Shown one piece after another: positions 28,261 through 39,500 of a stretch of DNA of 64,000 nt. The DNA is from Rubripirellula sp. (GTDB lineage Bacteria > Planctomycetota > Planctomycetia > Pirellulales > Pirellulaceae), in NCBI GenBank assembly GCA_965216875.1, contig OZ244207.1, positions 7,392,001-7,456,000 of the forward strand. The letters are read 5' to 3'. The notes beneath the pieces are model-generated. The model saw only the letters and a program-made list of their open reading frames with translations. It was not told the DNA's origin and made no database searches. The position numbers were made by a program, and so were the translations under genes. How positions within the stretch are numbered: position 1 is the first letter of the stretch; each line of letters begins with the position of its first letter.

Positions 28261-28288
28261 AAGTAGGCGTCTCGAAACGGAGACTGCC

Positions 28289-30004
28289 CTACTTAGGCGG
28301 AATATCAAAGGCGATGTCAAATCGTCGCCAGCAGTGCGTGCAGGCGGCGACGGCCGCCGCGGCGACTCCCCATGTTCCGAGCAACGCGCCGCCGACCAGG
28401 CTCGGGATGACCAAAGGTGTGGGGAGGTTCCGACAAGCCATTGTCCAAAGCATCAGTACACCGAGGGCAGCCGCGATCACCGCGCCTTTGCCCATGAAGG
28501 TGAGCTTGGCCCGGATCATCATCGCGACGCCTTCGTTGTGTTCGTGATGGGGGTAAGCCAAGAACAACGCGTTTTCAATTGCGAAGGTGAAGACGGCCAA
28601 TGCGTTGAGCATGCCGGTCCACATCAACACTTGCCCAATGCCTGGGTTGGTTATCAACGTTGCAATCGCGATCGTCACCCATTGAAAGACCCAGGTGATC
28701 GCGATCGGAAGCGTTAGTTGTCCGAGCACCATCGACAGCGGTGCGATCGGCATCGAACGCAACAGAATCATCCGATTCAGGTCTCGGCGAAAGTCAATGC
28801 GAAGTGCGGGCGGTGCGAGCAACATTGTGCAAAGCGCAATCCCACCGACAACGTAAAACCACTGCTCGAATCGCTGCCCCGTCACGAGCGACGACAAGCA
28901 AAGTAGCGTAGGGATCACAAAACTAAGTGTGATCGTGCCTTTGTACCGCTCGATGCTGACCGCCTGTCGCGAAAGAACCGCGACAGCATCGTCGGTCCAC
29001 CGCGGCAAGCGACTCTCAAGCCAACGGCGGACAGGGTGCGTGTTGAGCCGGCAAGCTGTTTCGGGATCGACGTCGCCAAGGCGTTGAAACTCCCCTGAAG
29101 CGAATCGATTTCGCTGTCGTTTCAATTGGCGAGCTGTCGCCATCGCGTCGACGCGCACCAGCACCATGATCGAGAGTGGCAGCAGGGACGCGGTTGCAAC
29201 CAGTTGGCCAAGTGTCAGCCATTGATACTCCTGCGTCACCGCGATCTGCGCGGGCACGATCCAAGGCAGCGACATCCACTGGACCGCTTCACTTGCCGCC
29301 GTTTCACCAAGACTTTGGAACAGACAAAGGATGTATTGGAGCGTCGGTGCGCCGAAGGGAACGCTCGCAGCAATGCGTGCTCCGACTTGCAAGACGACCG
29401 CAGCGGCGATCATCCCGGTTGCCGCGCGAAACAAATTGCGAGCTCGATCGGTCAACCCGGCCGCAAAACGCCCAATGATCAACCGAGTCGATTCCAGCAG
29501 TACCAAGGACGTGAAAACACCCAGTACCAACAACTCAAGGTGCGCCGCATCTCGAAACAGAACAACACCCAGCAGAAACGTTTTCATCATCGCGGCAATC
29601 AGAATCGTGCCGAGATGGTAGACCGCAAGTGATGAGCGTTTGACGGGCGCGCCACCGAGCCAAAGCTGTTCGGCGGGCGTCAATTCGAGGTCGGCGATCT
29701 TGCTGGCCCAGGCGCAGCGCACCGCGTGGTACATCGCGTAAAGGACCATACCACCGGAAAGCCACAAACGAAGCCGTTCGGGATCTGCCGGTGCACGAGC
29801 CGACAAAATGAAGACACCGTTGAGCAAATAGAGTCCGAAGAAGATCAAGGCGAGCGATGTCGCGATGATGCGTCGAGGATCACGCATGCGTTGCAGTGTG
29901 CGATGCATGCGAAACTTGGCTCGCGTCAACGTCAGTCGTGCTAGTTCGCGATGAATGCTCGGCGCGTCAAAACCGCGTGTGGCCGGTTGATGGTCGATGA
30001 TCAC
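28289..30004 (-). CDS. Putative ABC exporter permease
   Basis: About 12 TM segments; ATGA overlap with the ABC ATPase gene. Confidence 0.8.
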   Translation of the reverse strand: MIIDHQPATRGFDAPSIHRELARLTLTRAKFRMHRTLQRMRDPRRIIATSLALIFFGLYLLNGVFILSARAPADPERLRLWLSGGMVLYAMYHAVRCAWASKIADLELTPAEQLWLGGAPVKRSSLAVYHLGTILIAAMMKTFLLGVVLFRDAAHLELLVLGVFTSLVLLESTRLIIGRFAAGLTDRARNLFRAATGMIAAAVVLQVGARIAASVPFGAPTLQYILCLFQSLGETAASEAVQWMSLPWIVPAQIAVTQEYQWLTLGQLVATASLLPLSIMVLVRVDAMATARQLKRQRNRFASGEFQRLGDVDPETACRLNTHPVRRWLESRLPRWTDDAVAVLSRQAVSIERYKGTITLSFVIPTLLCLSSLVTGQRFEQWFYVVGGIALCTMLLAPPALRIDFRRDLNRMILLRSMPIAPLSMVLGQLTLPIAITWVFQWVTIAIATLITNPGIGQVLMWTGMLNALAVFTFAIENALFLAYPHHEHNEGVAMMIRAKLTFMGKGAVIAAALGVLMLWTMACRNLPTPLVIPSLVGGALLGTWGVAAAAVAACTHCWRRFDIAFDIPPK

Positions 30005-30807
30005 GAAACGGCCTCGCGAAAGGCATCGATCGACAGGATCGGCGGACCGTCTAGCTGGTCTTCACTGCCATCTTCACTTGCCGGCGAAGCCTTTTCGCCC
30101 GAAGTGGCTGCAAAGTAGGCTTCTTCCAAAGTTCGCGTTTCGGGAAAGGATTCGCGAAGTTGATTTGCGTTTCCGAAGTACTGACGCTGCCCGCCCTGCA
30201 TCACCAACAAATGGGTGCATACATCTTCAATCATCGCCAACAAATGGCTGCTGATGATCACCGTCGCTCCTTCCTCGGCGCGTCGACGCACGGTTTCTAA
30301 CAAGATTCGGATCCCGGGCGGATCGAGGCCAGTTAGCGGTTCGTCCAACAAAAGAACCGAGGGTTGATAGAGGTAGGCACAAGCGATCGCAAGTTTCTGA
30401 CGCATCCCGCGCGACAACGTGGTCGCGCCGGCATCGTATTTGTGGATCAGCTCAAACTCTTCGAGCAAGCGAATGGATTTGTCGTGATGGTCTTCGACTC
30501 GATACAGTCGACCGACAAAATCCAAGTGCTGGCCGACGGAAAGATCATCAAAGAGCGGCGGGTCATCCGGCACGTAGGCCAAGCGTTTCTTGAGCGGGAT
30601 CAGGTCACCGCCGAGATCGCAACCAGCGACACTGAGCTTGCCCGCGGTGGAAGGAATCAGACCAGCCAGGCATCGCATGGTGGTTGTCTTGCCGGCGCCA
30701 TTGGGGCCAACCAGGCCGCAGATCTGGCCGGGCGCCAAGGCGAACGACAGGTCGTCGACAGCCAGGTAGTCGTCGTAGAGTTTGCTGAGACCGGAGACTT
30801 CGATCAT
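30001..30807 (-). CDS. ABC transporter ATP-binding protein
   Basis: GPNGAGKTT, LSRGMRQK, LLLDEP, SSH. Confidence 0.95.
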   Translation of the reverse strand: MIEVSGLSKLYDDYLAVDDLSFALAPGQICGLVGPNGAGKTTTMRCLAGLIPSTAGKLSVAGCDLGGDLIPLKKRLAYVPDDPPLFDDLSVGQHLDFVGRLYRVEDHHDKSIRLLEEFELIHKYDAGATTLSRGMRQKLAIACAYLYQPSVLLLDEPLTGLDPPGIRILLETVRRRAEEGATVIISSHLLAMIEDVCTHLLVMQGGQRQYFGNANQLRESFPETRTLEEAYFAATSGEKASPASEDGSEDQLDGPPILSIDAFREAVS

Positions 30808-31033
30808 GGTTTCACGGCCTGGCCGAAAGATATCTTTGGGTGGGTAGCTACGTTTTCAAAGCTAGCTCACCGACGAGTCCTCGCGTTGGCGACCTCCTCG
30901 CAACCCATGTTCGATTGACGCCGTATCTTTCCGGGTGAGGGATGATGACGATTGTGGCGTTTGAATCGATTCCGATGCGACATACACTGGCACGATCAAC
31001 GGACGTCCGAGTACCACCGAGAAAGATTGAACC

Positions 31034-32263
31034 TTGTCCCATCCTGGCAGCGACCCTGACGAATCGGCTGCGAGTCGTTCGCCTTGGGCCCCGCTGCGGA
31101 ATCCGATCTTTCGAGCCTTTTGGATCGCCTCGCTCGTTTCCAACTTCGGGACGTGGATACACGAAGTCGGCGCGGGTTGGTTGATGACCAGCCTAGATCC
31201 GCGCCCCGAGATGGTGGCGGCCGTGCGCACGGCGATGTCGTTGCCGATCGTCTTCCTTGCTATCCCAGCGGGCGTTCTGGCCGATCGTGTTGATCGAAGG
31301 CACTTGTTGATCGCGACCCAGTTCGTGCTGCTGCTGACAACAGCGACGCTCGCCGGACTGACCTTCAGTGGTGCGATCACTTCGTGGATGTTGCTGAGTC
31401 TGACCTTTTTGATCGGACTGGGGCTCGTTGTACATGTTCCGACCTGGCAAGCATCCGTCCCCGAACTTGTGCCGCGCAAACAACTTTCGCGCGCAGTCGC
31501 ACTCGGCAGCGTGAGTTTCAATCTTGCACGCGCCGCGGGTCCGGCTGTCGGCGGAATCTTGATCGCGTTTGCCGGTGTTTGGATTGCATTCGCAATCAAC
31601 GCCGTCTCATTCGCGGGCGTGATTGTTGTATTGCTCTTGTGGCGACGCACGGCCAAAGAGTCTTCGCGGGGGCTTTCGTTTGGATTGTCGCTCTATCAGG
31701 GAGTGCGCTATGTTGTCAGCAACGCGACCATGCGCAACGTCATGATCGGCGTCCTGCTGTTTGTGATTCCCGGTAGTGCCCTTTGGTCGCTGTTGCCGCT
31801 TGTTGCGAAACAGAGTCTGCAATGGGATGCGGACGGCTTCGGACTGCTGGTTGCAACGATTGGCGTCGGTGCCGTCGCGGCAGCCTGGTTTCTGCCGACG
31901 TTTCAAAGACGCTTTGGCCTCAATCGAACACGAGCTGGATCGATGGTGCTGTTCGCTGTCGGATTGATGATGCTCGGTCGCACCAGTCACACCTACGTTG
32001 CTCTGGCAGCGACACTGATGATGGGTAGCGGTTGGATGATGACGCTAACGACACTCAATGCGACCGCGCAGGTCACGTTGCCCAGTCGATTGCGTGCCCG
32101 AGGCATGGGCTGCTACCTAACGGCGATGGCGATCTCGATGGCCATCGGATCACTCGTTTGGGGCGAAGTCGCGGCGTGGACAGGTTTGGTCGAAACTCAA
32201 ATGATTGCGGCAACGAGTCTGGTTGTCGCCGCAGCAATCAGTTTCAAGTTCAGCCTAAGTTGA
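31034..32263 (+). CDS. MFS transporter (MFS_3/DUF894-like)
   Basis: FRAFWIASLVSNFGTW, GVLADRVDRR, NLARAAGPAVGG; TTG start. Confidence 0.88.
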   Translation: MSHPGSDPDESAASRSPWAPLRNPIFRAFWIASLVSNFGTWIHEVGAGWLMTSLDPRPEMVAAVRTAMSLPIVFLAIPAGVLADRVDRRHLLIATQFVLLLTTATLAGLTFSGAITSWMLLSLTFLIGLGLVVHVPTWQASVPELVPRKQLSRAVALGSVSFNLARAAGPAVGGILIAFAGVWIAFAINAVSFAGVIVVLLLWRRTAKESSRGLSFGLSLYQGVRYVVSNATMRNVMIGVLLFVIPGSALWSLLPLVAKQSLQWDADGFGLLVATIGVGAVAAAWFLPTFQRRFGLNRTRAGSMVLFAVGLMMLGRTSHTYVALAATLMMGSGWMMTLTTLNATAQVTLPSRLRARGMGCYLTAMAISMAIGSLVWGEVAAWTGLVETQMIAATSLVVAAAISFKFSLS

Positions 32264-32453
32264 ATTGCCGCCAACATCGTAGGCCAGATCAAGGCGCGAC
32301 AGCGACGCAGATCCGGCATCGTCCTAGTGAGAAGATTCCGGCTAAAGCCGGTACTACGAACGGCTCACAGGAGCGCAAAAAAAGATGTTCCCACGGTGGG
32401 CCGTGGGAACATCGAAGAAGACTCGATTCGTTTCGCCGTGGTTAGACCACGAA

Positions 32454-33971
32454 CTAGGTCATCATGTAACCGTCTTCGCCGTGGTCGGCGATGTCCAAAC
32501 CGCGTTGTTCGATGTCGGCTGGGACGCGCAGTCCGATGATTGCGTCGATTATTTTCAACAGAATCACGCTACCAACACCGGCAAACGCAAAGGTGACCAA
32601 AACGGCAACGATTTGGCCAATCAGAAGCGTTGGGTTGAAACCTGATTCGATCAATCCAATTGGCTCGCCACCGCTCACATCCCAACAGGCTCGCGAGGCA
32701 AAGACGCCGGTCAGCACCGCACCGAGTGTGCCGCCAACACCGTGAACGCCAAAAGCGTCCAACGCGTCGTCGTATTTCAAAGCGTGTTTGAGCTTCGAAC
32801 AGGCGAGGTAGCAGATGATTCCGGCCAAGGCACCCATGATCAGTGCAGGCATCAGTTGGACGAAGCCAGCCGCTGGAGTGATGCAGACCAAACCGGCGAC
32901 AGCACCACTACTTGCACCGAGAATCGAAGGTTTGCCGAGCATGACCCATTCGGTCAAGGCCCATGCGACCGCACCGGCGGCAGCTGCAAAGTGAGTCGTC
33001 GCGAACGCACCGCTGGTCAAACCATCCGAAGCGAGTTCGCTGCCCGCGTTGAAGCCAAACCAACCGACCCAAAGCATGGCCGCACCAAGTGCGGTGTAGG
33101 TCAAGTTGTGTGGTTGGATGGGTTCTTTCATGAAGCCCATACGAGGGCCGATCAAGATCGCAGCAACCAGAGCCGAGACACCACTGCTGATGTGAACCAC
33201 CGTGCCACCGGCAAAGTCGAGTGCACCGCCGGCAATCGCTTTGTCACCAGCAAAGTACGACAGTGGACCTTCGTCCCAAACCCAATGGCAAAGCGGGCAA
33301 TAGATCAAAGTTCCCCATAGGACCGAAAAGACGACCATGGCGCTGAACTTCATACGTTCTGCAAACGCACCGCAAATCAGTGCGGGGGTGATGATGAAGA
33401 ACATGCCTTGGAACAACATATGTGTCATCCGTGTCATGCTCCCTTCCATGGGCGTTACCGGTTCGCCAAGGGCTTCGCTCCATTCACGCTGGACACCATT
33501 CATGAACAGGTAGTCGGCATTGCCAATCCAGCCCCCCGTGCCACCAAAGGCAAGCGAGTAGCCGTAGAGTGCCCAAATGACGGTCATCATTCCCATCAGA
33601 AAGATGCACTGCATCATGACGCTGAGCACGTTCTTGCGGCGAACCAAACCGCCATAGAACATGGCCAAACCGGGCGCGGTCATGAAAAGAACCAACGCAC
33701 AACAGGTCAACATCCAAGCGTTGTGAGCTGCGAGTGTGGAGTCAGCGATCGCACTATCGGTGATAGCGCCTTCGGTGACAGCAGGATCCGCCGCTGGCGC
33801 GGCCTCTTCTTCGCCCTCAGCTTCCGCTTCGGGTGCTGCGGTGTCACCTTCGGTTTCCGCTACGACTGTATCGGTGGCACCCTCCGGGACGTCCTGGGCC
33901 AGTGCAAAATTCCCGGTGGCGGCCACCATCGCAAGCAGAGCGACGAACCACATACGATTGATAAGACTCAC
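32454..33971 (-). CDS. amtB: Ammonium transporter
   Basis: PGLAMFYGG, DFAGGTVVH, WVGWFGFNAGS, DDALDAFGVHGVGG. Confidence 0.95.
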   Translation of the reverse strand: MSLINRMWFVALLAMVAATGNFALAQDVPEGATDTVVAETEGDTAAPEAEAEGEEEAAPAADPAVTEGAITDSAIADSTLAAHNAWMLTCCALVLFMTAPGLAMFYGGLVRRKNVLSVMMQCIFLMGMMTVIWALYGYSLAFGGTGGWIGNADYLFMNGVQREWSEALGEPVTPMEGSMTRMTHMLFQGMFFIITPALICGAFAERMKFSAMVVFSVLWGTLIYCPLCHWVWDEGPLSYFAGDKAIAGGALDFAGGTVVHISSGVSALVAAILIGPRMGFMKEPIQPHNLTYTALGAAMLWVGWFGFNAGSELASDGLTSGAFATTHFAAAAGAVAWALTEWVMLGKPSILGASSGAVAGLVCITPAAGFVQLMPALIMGALAGIICYLACSKLKHALKYDDALDAFGVHGVGGTLGAVLTGVFASRACWDVSGGEPIGLIESGFNPTLLIGQIVAVLVTFAFAGVGSVILLKIIDAIIGLRVPADIEQRGLDIADHGEDGYMMT

Positions 33972-34414
33972 AACACACCTCGTGGGTTAAATAAGCGCAC
34001 ACACACTTGGCATTCAATTTCCGCCTTGCACACCGATGTGGCCGCCTGCCCCGGAGTCTGCGGGGCACCACGAGCGTGCATGTTGAGTGTTTGCTTGGTG
34101 AAACAAACTGAAGTCGACAGAAACGACTTCCCAACTTGGGTAAGAGAATAAGTGGGGCACGCCCGAATTGGTAGGACCACAGCCCCATTGGACCAACGGT
34201 TTTTCCCCGGAAATGGCCCTCAGCCGCCTTTCCGCCCCCACACACCTATCGATTGCGGTGACTTTGCGGGCTCGATCACGACCGAGGCCTCCGTCCCCGT
34301 CCGGGGCGATAATCGTCTGAGGTCAATTGAAAAGACGAGGGGAATGGCGAATCACAGGAATCGAGGCTTGCTCATGCGTCGGATTCGTGCAATTCGTGGT
34401 TCCCCTTCCGATAC

Positions 34415-36217
34415 TCACTCGTGCTCGCTGTCGCTCAGCACGGCCATGAACGCCTTCTGCGAAATCTCGACACTGCCAATCGCCTTCATCCGCTTCTTGC
34501 CTTCCTTTTGCTTTTGCAGCAACTTGCGTTTTCGCGTGATGTCGCCACCGTAGCATTTTGCGGTCACGTTTTTCCGCATCGCCGGAACCGTTTCACGTGC
34601 AATGACTCGGCTGCCGATTGCGGCTTGCACGGCGACTTCGAACATGTGACGTTCGATCTCTTGCTTGAGCTTTTTGGCGACCGCACGTCCCCGCCGGTCG
34701 GCGTCGGCACGGTTGCAGACCACACTCAAGGCATCGACACGCTTGCCGTTGACCAAGATATCCATACGACAAAGATCGGCAGCCTCGTAACCGACCATCT
34801 CATAATCGAGCGTGCCGTAGCCGCGGGTGCAACTCTTGATTCGGTCGTGCAGGTCATACACCACTTCCGCCAGCGGGATGTCGTAGGTCAACATTGCCCG
34901 TTGAGCCCCCAGGTACTCCTGTGACTTTTGCAAACCACGTCGATCCTGGCACAACTTGATCACGGCGCCGATGAAATCGGTCGGCACGATGATGTTGCAC
35001 CGCACGATCGGTTGCCGAAACTCTTCGATGTCACCCGGATCAGGAACATCTTGTGGCTTGTGAATGCTGACCGTTTCGCCACGTTTGTTGACGACTTCGT
35101 ACGTGACGTTGGGCGCAGTTTGCACCAAGTCGATGTCGGCTTCATTTTCTAAGCGTTGCTGTACGATTTCCATGTGCAGCAAGCCGAGGAAGCCGCAACG
35201 AAAACCGAACCCAAGTGCATCGCTGGTTTCAGGTTCAAACTCGAAACTGGGATCATTGACCGCAAGACGTTCGAGCGCGTCGCGCAGTTCGCTGAAATCT
35301 TGACCGTCACTTGGGAACAAGCCGCAGTAAACCATGCGTTTGGGACGAGCATATCCTTCCAGCGGCTCCGCAGCATCGTTGCCAGTGACCGTGACGGTGT
35401 CACCGATGTGCACGTCACCGAGGCTCTTGATGTTGCAAATCAAGTAACCGACTTGGCCGGCACTCAGTTGGTCGCACGGTTCTCGCTGAGGCACGAAGCG
35501 ACCGAGTTCAACCACATCATGTGTGGTGCCGGCGCGAACGAATTGAATCTTCTGTCCTTTGCGAACCGTACCGCGCATAATGCGCACATAAGTGATCGCG
35601 CCGCGGTAGTCGTCGTAGTTGGAATCGAACACCATTGCTTGAAGGGTTTCGTCTTCCTTGCCGGTGGGTGCCGGGATCTGTTCAATGATCGCGGTGGCAA
35701 GGTCCTCAACCCCCTGCCCCGTCTTGGCGCTGACTTTGACGCAGTCGTCGGGATCGGTTCCCAGCGAGTTCATCATCTCTTCGGCAACTTCTTCGGGCCG
35801 CGCGTGCGTCAGGTCGATCTTGTTGATCACTGGGATGATCGTTAGATCGTGTTCCATCGCCGCGTAGGCATTCGCGACCGTTTGCGCTTCGACACCTTGG
35901 AACGCATCGACCAAAAGGAGTGCGCCTTCGCAACATGCGAGCGATCGCGAGACTTCGTATTGGAAGTCGACGTGCCCGGGGGTGTCGATCAAATTCAGCT
36001 GGTACGTTTGGCCGCGGTGTTTGTACTCCATCGCCACGGCACGCGCCTTGATGGTGATTCCGCGTTGCCTTTCCAGCTCCAAGTCGTCCAGCAACTGGTC
36101 CTTCATCTCGCGACTGGTCACCGTTCCGGTGTATTCCAGCAGCCGGTCGGCCAATGTGCTTTTGCCGTGGTCGATGTGGGCGATGATGCAAAAGTTGCGA
36201 ATGTTCTTTTCTGACAT
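34415..36217 (-). CDS. lepA: Translation elongation factor 4 (LepA)
   Basis: IRNFCIIAHIDHGKSTLADR, GFRCGFLGLLH, KCYGGDITRKRKLL. Confidence 0.98.
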   Translation of the reverse strand: MSEKNIRNFCIIAHIDHGKSTLADRLLEYTGTVTSREMKDQLLDDLELERQRGITIKARAVAMEYKHRGQTYQLNLIDTPGHVDFQYEVSRSLACCEGALLLVDAFQGVEAQTVANAYAAMEHDLTIIPVINKIDLTHARPEEVAEEMMNSLGTDPDDCVKVSAKTGQGVEDLATAIIEQIPAPTGKEDETLQAMVFDSNYDDYRGAITYVRIMRGTVRKGQKIQFVRAGTTHDVVELGRFVPQREPCDQLSAGQVGYLICNIKSLGDVHIGDTVTVTGNDAAEPLEGYARPKRMVYCGLFPSDGQDFSELRDALERLAVNDPSFEFEPETSDALGFGFRCGFLGLLHMEIVQQRLENEADIDLVQTAPNVTYEVVNKRGETVSIHKPQDVPDPGDIEEFRQPIVRCNIIVPTDFIGAVIKLCQDRRGLQKSQEYLGAQRAMLTYDIPLAEVVYDLHDRIKSCTRGYGTLDYEMVGYEAADLCRMDILVNGKRVDALSVVCNRADADRRGRAVAKKLKQEIERHMFEVAVQAAIGSRVIARETVPAMRKNVTAKCYGGDITRKRKLLQKQKEGKKRMKAIGSVEISQKAFMAVLSDSEHE

Positions 36218-36485
36218 GAACGCTCGTTGCTTCGAAAGGTCAGGGTGACGCCCGTTGCCGATGGGGAATCGTTAGCGTCGAGTGAAAACGGGGTCTGATC
36301 CCGATGGCGGCCAGCGGCCACCAAAAAAACGCATTTGTGGGCTCTGGCAATTGCGGGCTTTGGGACTACCGGAGTCTGACTCGTTTTCGTGTTTGGCAGG
36401 TTGGTGTTGGGGGACGGTCTTCGCCGGGGTGTTATCGACAATTTGCGTCACTTCGTTCAATTCCAATCTCGAGGCGACATTGGAA

Positions 36486-37517
36486 TCAATCGTTCGATTC
36501 CTTACGAGCGTAACCCGCTACGCCAAGGTAGCCAGCGTCGCCGCCCAAGGTCGCGAACTTGATCGAGGTGCCTTCAAAGACGTTGGGGAAAGTCCGTTGG
36601 CGAAACTCTTCCGAAATGCGTTTGAGAAACCGTTTGCCGATTTCACACTCTTTTCCGCCAAAGTTCATCGCGCCACCAAGGACGACTGAGCCTGGGTCAA
36701 GCGTGTGAACCAAGGTGGTGATTCCAATGCCCAACCAAAATGCGGTGTCGTCCACGATTTCGAGGGCAAGTTCATCACCCGACAAACCGGCCTCGTAAAC
36801 TTTCTTGGCCGTCAATTCGGTGTCACCACCGCCCAACAGTCCTTGCAGTGAGCTTGTCGCTCCTTCGGTCAACCGCTTTCGCGTCCGCTGAACAACGGCA
36901 CTGGCTGAAGCATACGCTTCCAATTGCCCTCGGCCGCCGCCCCACACGCACATTTCCGCAGTCGGCGAGGAGTCGACCAGGATGTGGCCACACTCGCTGC
37001 CGCAACTGTTGACTCCATTGACCAGCTCTCCGTTGACGATGATACCTCCGCCAACGCCGGTGCCCAGAGTCAAAAGGACCATCGACTTGTCTTCGCGCGC
37101 GCTGCCGAGCCAGTATTCGCCGTAGGCAGCTGCGTTGGCATCATTCAAAAAGGAGACATCGCGTTTGAGCAGCTTTTCGACGGTTTGGCAAATCGGGTAG
37201 TCCCACCAACTGGGCAGTTGCGGAGGTGCGACCAAGTAGCCTCGCGGCAGATCCATTGGGCCGGGAGCGCCCAAGCCAACGCGTTTGATTTTGTCGGCGA
37301 CGTCCAGTTCGGCCTCGAACCGGCCAATCACTTCCGCGACACGCGCCATCGCCGCATCGGGACCTTCGGGCTCTCGGGTCGGCATCTTGTGGTAGGCAAG
37401 GGTCTTGCCAGTGTCGTCGACCAGCCCGATCTTGATGCCCGTGCCACCGATGTCGATTCCCCAGAAAAAGGGAGCGGTCGCTTCGGCAACAGGCGTGATT
37501 TGGGGTGTTTGAGACAT
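36486..37517 (-). CDS. ROK-family sugar kinase (glucokinase-like)
   Basis: GIDIGGT, NDANAAAYGE, TLGTGVGGG, ECGH. Confidence 0.9.
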   Translation of the reverse strand: MSQTPQITPVAEATAPFFWGIDIGGTGIKIGLVDDTGKTLAYHKMPTREPEGPDAAMARVAEVIGRFEAELDVADKIKRVGLGAPGPMDLPRGYLVAPPQLPSWWDYPICQTVEKLLKRDVSFLNDANAAAYGEYWLGSAREDKSMVLLTLGTGVGGGIIVNGELVNGVNSCGSECGHILVDSSPTAEMCVWGGGRGQLEAYASASAVVQRTRKRLTEGATSSLQGLLGGGDTELTAKKVYEAGLSGDELALEIVDDTAFWLGIGITTLVHTLDPGSVVLGGAMNFGGKECEIGKRFLKRISEEFRQRTFPNVFEGTSIKFATLGGDAGYLGVAGYARKESND

Positions 37518-37962
37518 AATAAGAGTCGCTGGAGTATTCGCCGCCAATTCTTGATACTCCGAGCCTGGCGTTCAGGCTCGAATCACGGATTGGGATCACC
37601 AGTCACGACTGAATCGTCAAACGACTGCTGCTCGTTTCCATCCAGAATAAAGGACGTCAACGAGGCCCCAACCCTTGTCGACAAAGCGGATGCCCGCGAG
37701 CACGGAGGTAAAAACTCTGCTTTGCGACCTCGACCTCAAAGAAGTGCATCTTGAGTGAGCGTGACCGATGCGGAAAATGAGGTGCGGTGTTTAGTCGCGA
37801 GTATAGGAGCCGGCAAATTTTGCCACAACGAACGATTTTTGACCCGGACCCTTGTCACGCATTCGGCCCCATTACACCCCCACGAAACCGGAAATCGACG
37901 ACCTTGTCCGATTGTGAAGACCTCGGGTTTTTAGCCCCCGTCACCGCCCAATGGGGTGATCG

Positions 37963-39255
37963 ATGAAGGTCGTCTTTCTGACTGCTGGAGCCGCCGGGAT
38001 GTACTGCGGCAGCTGTATGCATGACAACGCCCTGGCCCGTGCACTTCGCGGCCTCGATGTCGATTGCGTCCTGCAGCCGGTCTACACCCCAATCCGAGCC
38101 GATGGAGCGAGTGTCGCCAGCGACCAAGTCTTCTTTGGCGGCATCCACATCTATCTGCTGCAAGTGATGCCGTGGCTGCGGATGGTGCCCAAGCCAATGC
38201 GACGATGGCTCGATTGGCCGCCGCTGATTCGCTTCGCAACTCGACGAGCGGCATCGACAGACGCGGCCAAATTGGGCGCTCTCTCGATTTCAATGCTCAA
38301 GGGCGTGGATGGGTTCCAAGCCGACGAAGTCACTCGTCTAGTTGACTGGCTAGCGGACGAAAAGCCCGAGGCGGTAGTGCTCAGCAATCTTCTCATCGGA
38401 GGTGCACTCCCAGAGATTCGCAAGCGTCTTCCCAACACGCGGTTGATCGTCATCCTTCAAGGTGACGATATCTTTCTTGATCACCTGCCCGAAAAGGATC
38501 GCCACGCCTGCATCGAGTTGTGCACGCGATTGATCGAATCCGTCGACGTCGTCGTGACCAACAGTCAGTTCTACGCGGACAAGATGGGGGCGCTCTTCAA
38601 CATTCCACAAGACAAACGAGTTGTCGAACCGCTTTCGATCGACGTCACGCCTTTTGGCGATGATGTGGACGCCGCTAATTCGAAAGACCGTTCCACGTTT
38701 CGTCTTGGCTACCTTGCCCGCATTGCTCCTGAAAAGGGTTTTCACCAGTTGGTCGATGCCTTCATTCAACTCGCCAGCGACCGAACGCACGATGACCTGA
38801 CGCTTCACGCGGCAGGTTGGCTTGGCGAAGCGAACAAGGCTTACCTGCAAAAGCAAAAAGACAAGATCGAAGCGGCCGGTTTGACGGAGCGTTTTTCGTT
38901 CGTCGAAAGCCCCGAACTCGAGCAGAAGGTTTCGTTCCTGAAGACGCTCGACTTGCTAAGTGTGCCGACGGACTACGAAGAACCTAAGGGGCTGTTTGTC
39001 TTGGAAGCACTCGCAGCCGGAGTGCCGGTGGTGCAGCCTGATCACGGCGCGTTCGGCGAACTGGTCAACCAAACCCAAGGTGGAATTGTGGTCGTTCCCA
39101 AAGACGTCGACGCTCTTTGCGAAGCGATCGACCGTCTCAAACGAGATCACGATCATCGCCAAAGGCTCGGCGAATCAGGTCGCAAGAACGTGCTTGAAAA
39201 CCATACGATCGAAGTGGCGGCTGAACGCATGAAACGTCTGTTTCAGACGACTTGA
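37963..39255 (+). CDS. Glycosyltransferase family 4
   Basis: LARIAPEKG, EPKGLFVLEALAAGVPVV; N-terminal MYCGSC. Confidence 0.9.
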   Translation: MKVVFLTAGAAGMYCGSCMHDNALARALRGLDVDCVLQPVYTPIRADGASVASDQVFFGGIHIYLLQVMPWLRMVPKPMRRWLDWPPLIRFATRRAASTDAAKLGALSISMLKGVDGFQADEVTRLVDWLADEKPEAVVLSNLLIGGALPEIRKRLPNTRLIVILQGDDIFLDHLPEKDRHACIELCTRLIESVDVVVTNSQFYADKMGALFNIPQDKRVVEPLSIDVTPFGDDVDAANSKDRSTFRLGYLARIAPEKGFHQLVDAFIQLASDRTHDDLTLHAAGWLGEANKAYLQKQKDKIEAAGLTERFSFVESPELEQKVSFLKTLDLLSVPTDYEEPKGLFVLEALAAGVPVVQPDHGAFGELVNQTQGGIVVVPKDVDALCEAIDRLKRDHDHRQRLGESGRKNVLENHTIEVAAERMKRLFQTT

Positions 39256-39264
39256 TTGGCGAAG

Positions 39265-39395
39265 AGAGAACCACGAATGGCACGAATCATACGAATGTGG
39301 TGGTTCGATTGGCCACCACAGGCACAAAGCGTCACGAAAAGTGATTGATCCGTGAGTGCTAGTCGTTCTTGTGCCTTTTCGTGCTTCTTGTGGCC
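39265..39395. repeat. Intergenic repeats (aaccacgaatggcacgaa family and a ggccac...gtggcc inverted pair)
   Basis: Related motif at ~12082 and ~34375-34400. Confidence 0.55.
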
Positions 39396-39500
39396 ACTCT
39401 CACCTTCCCGAACTCATCCAGGCATCCGTCACGCTAATAAACTCGGCTCGGGATCGTTGTATAAAGGAGACTTCCTTCCTACGCGTATCGGGCCCGTGCG

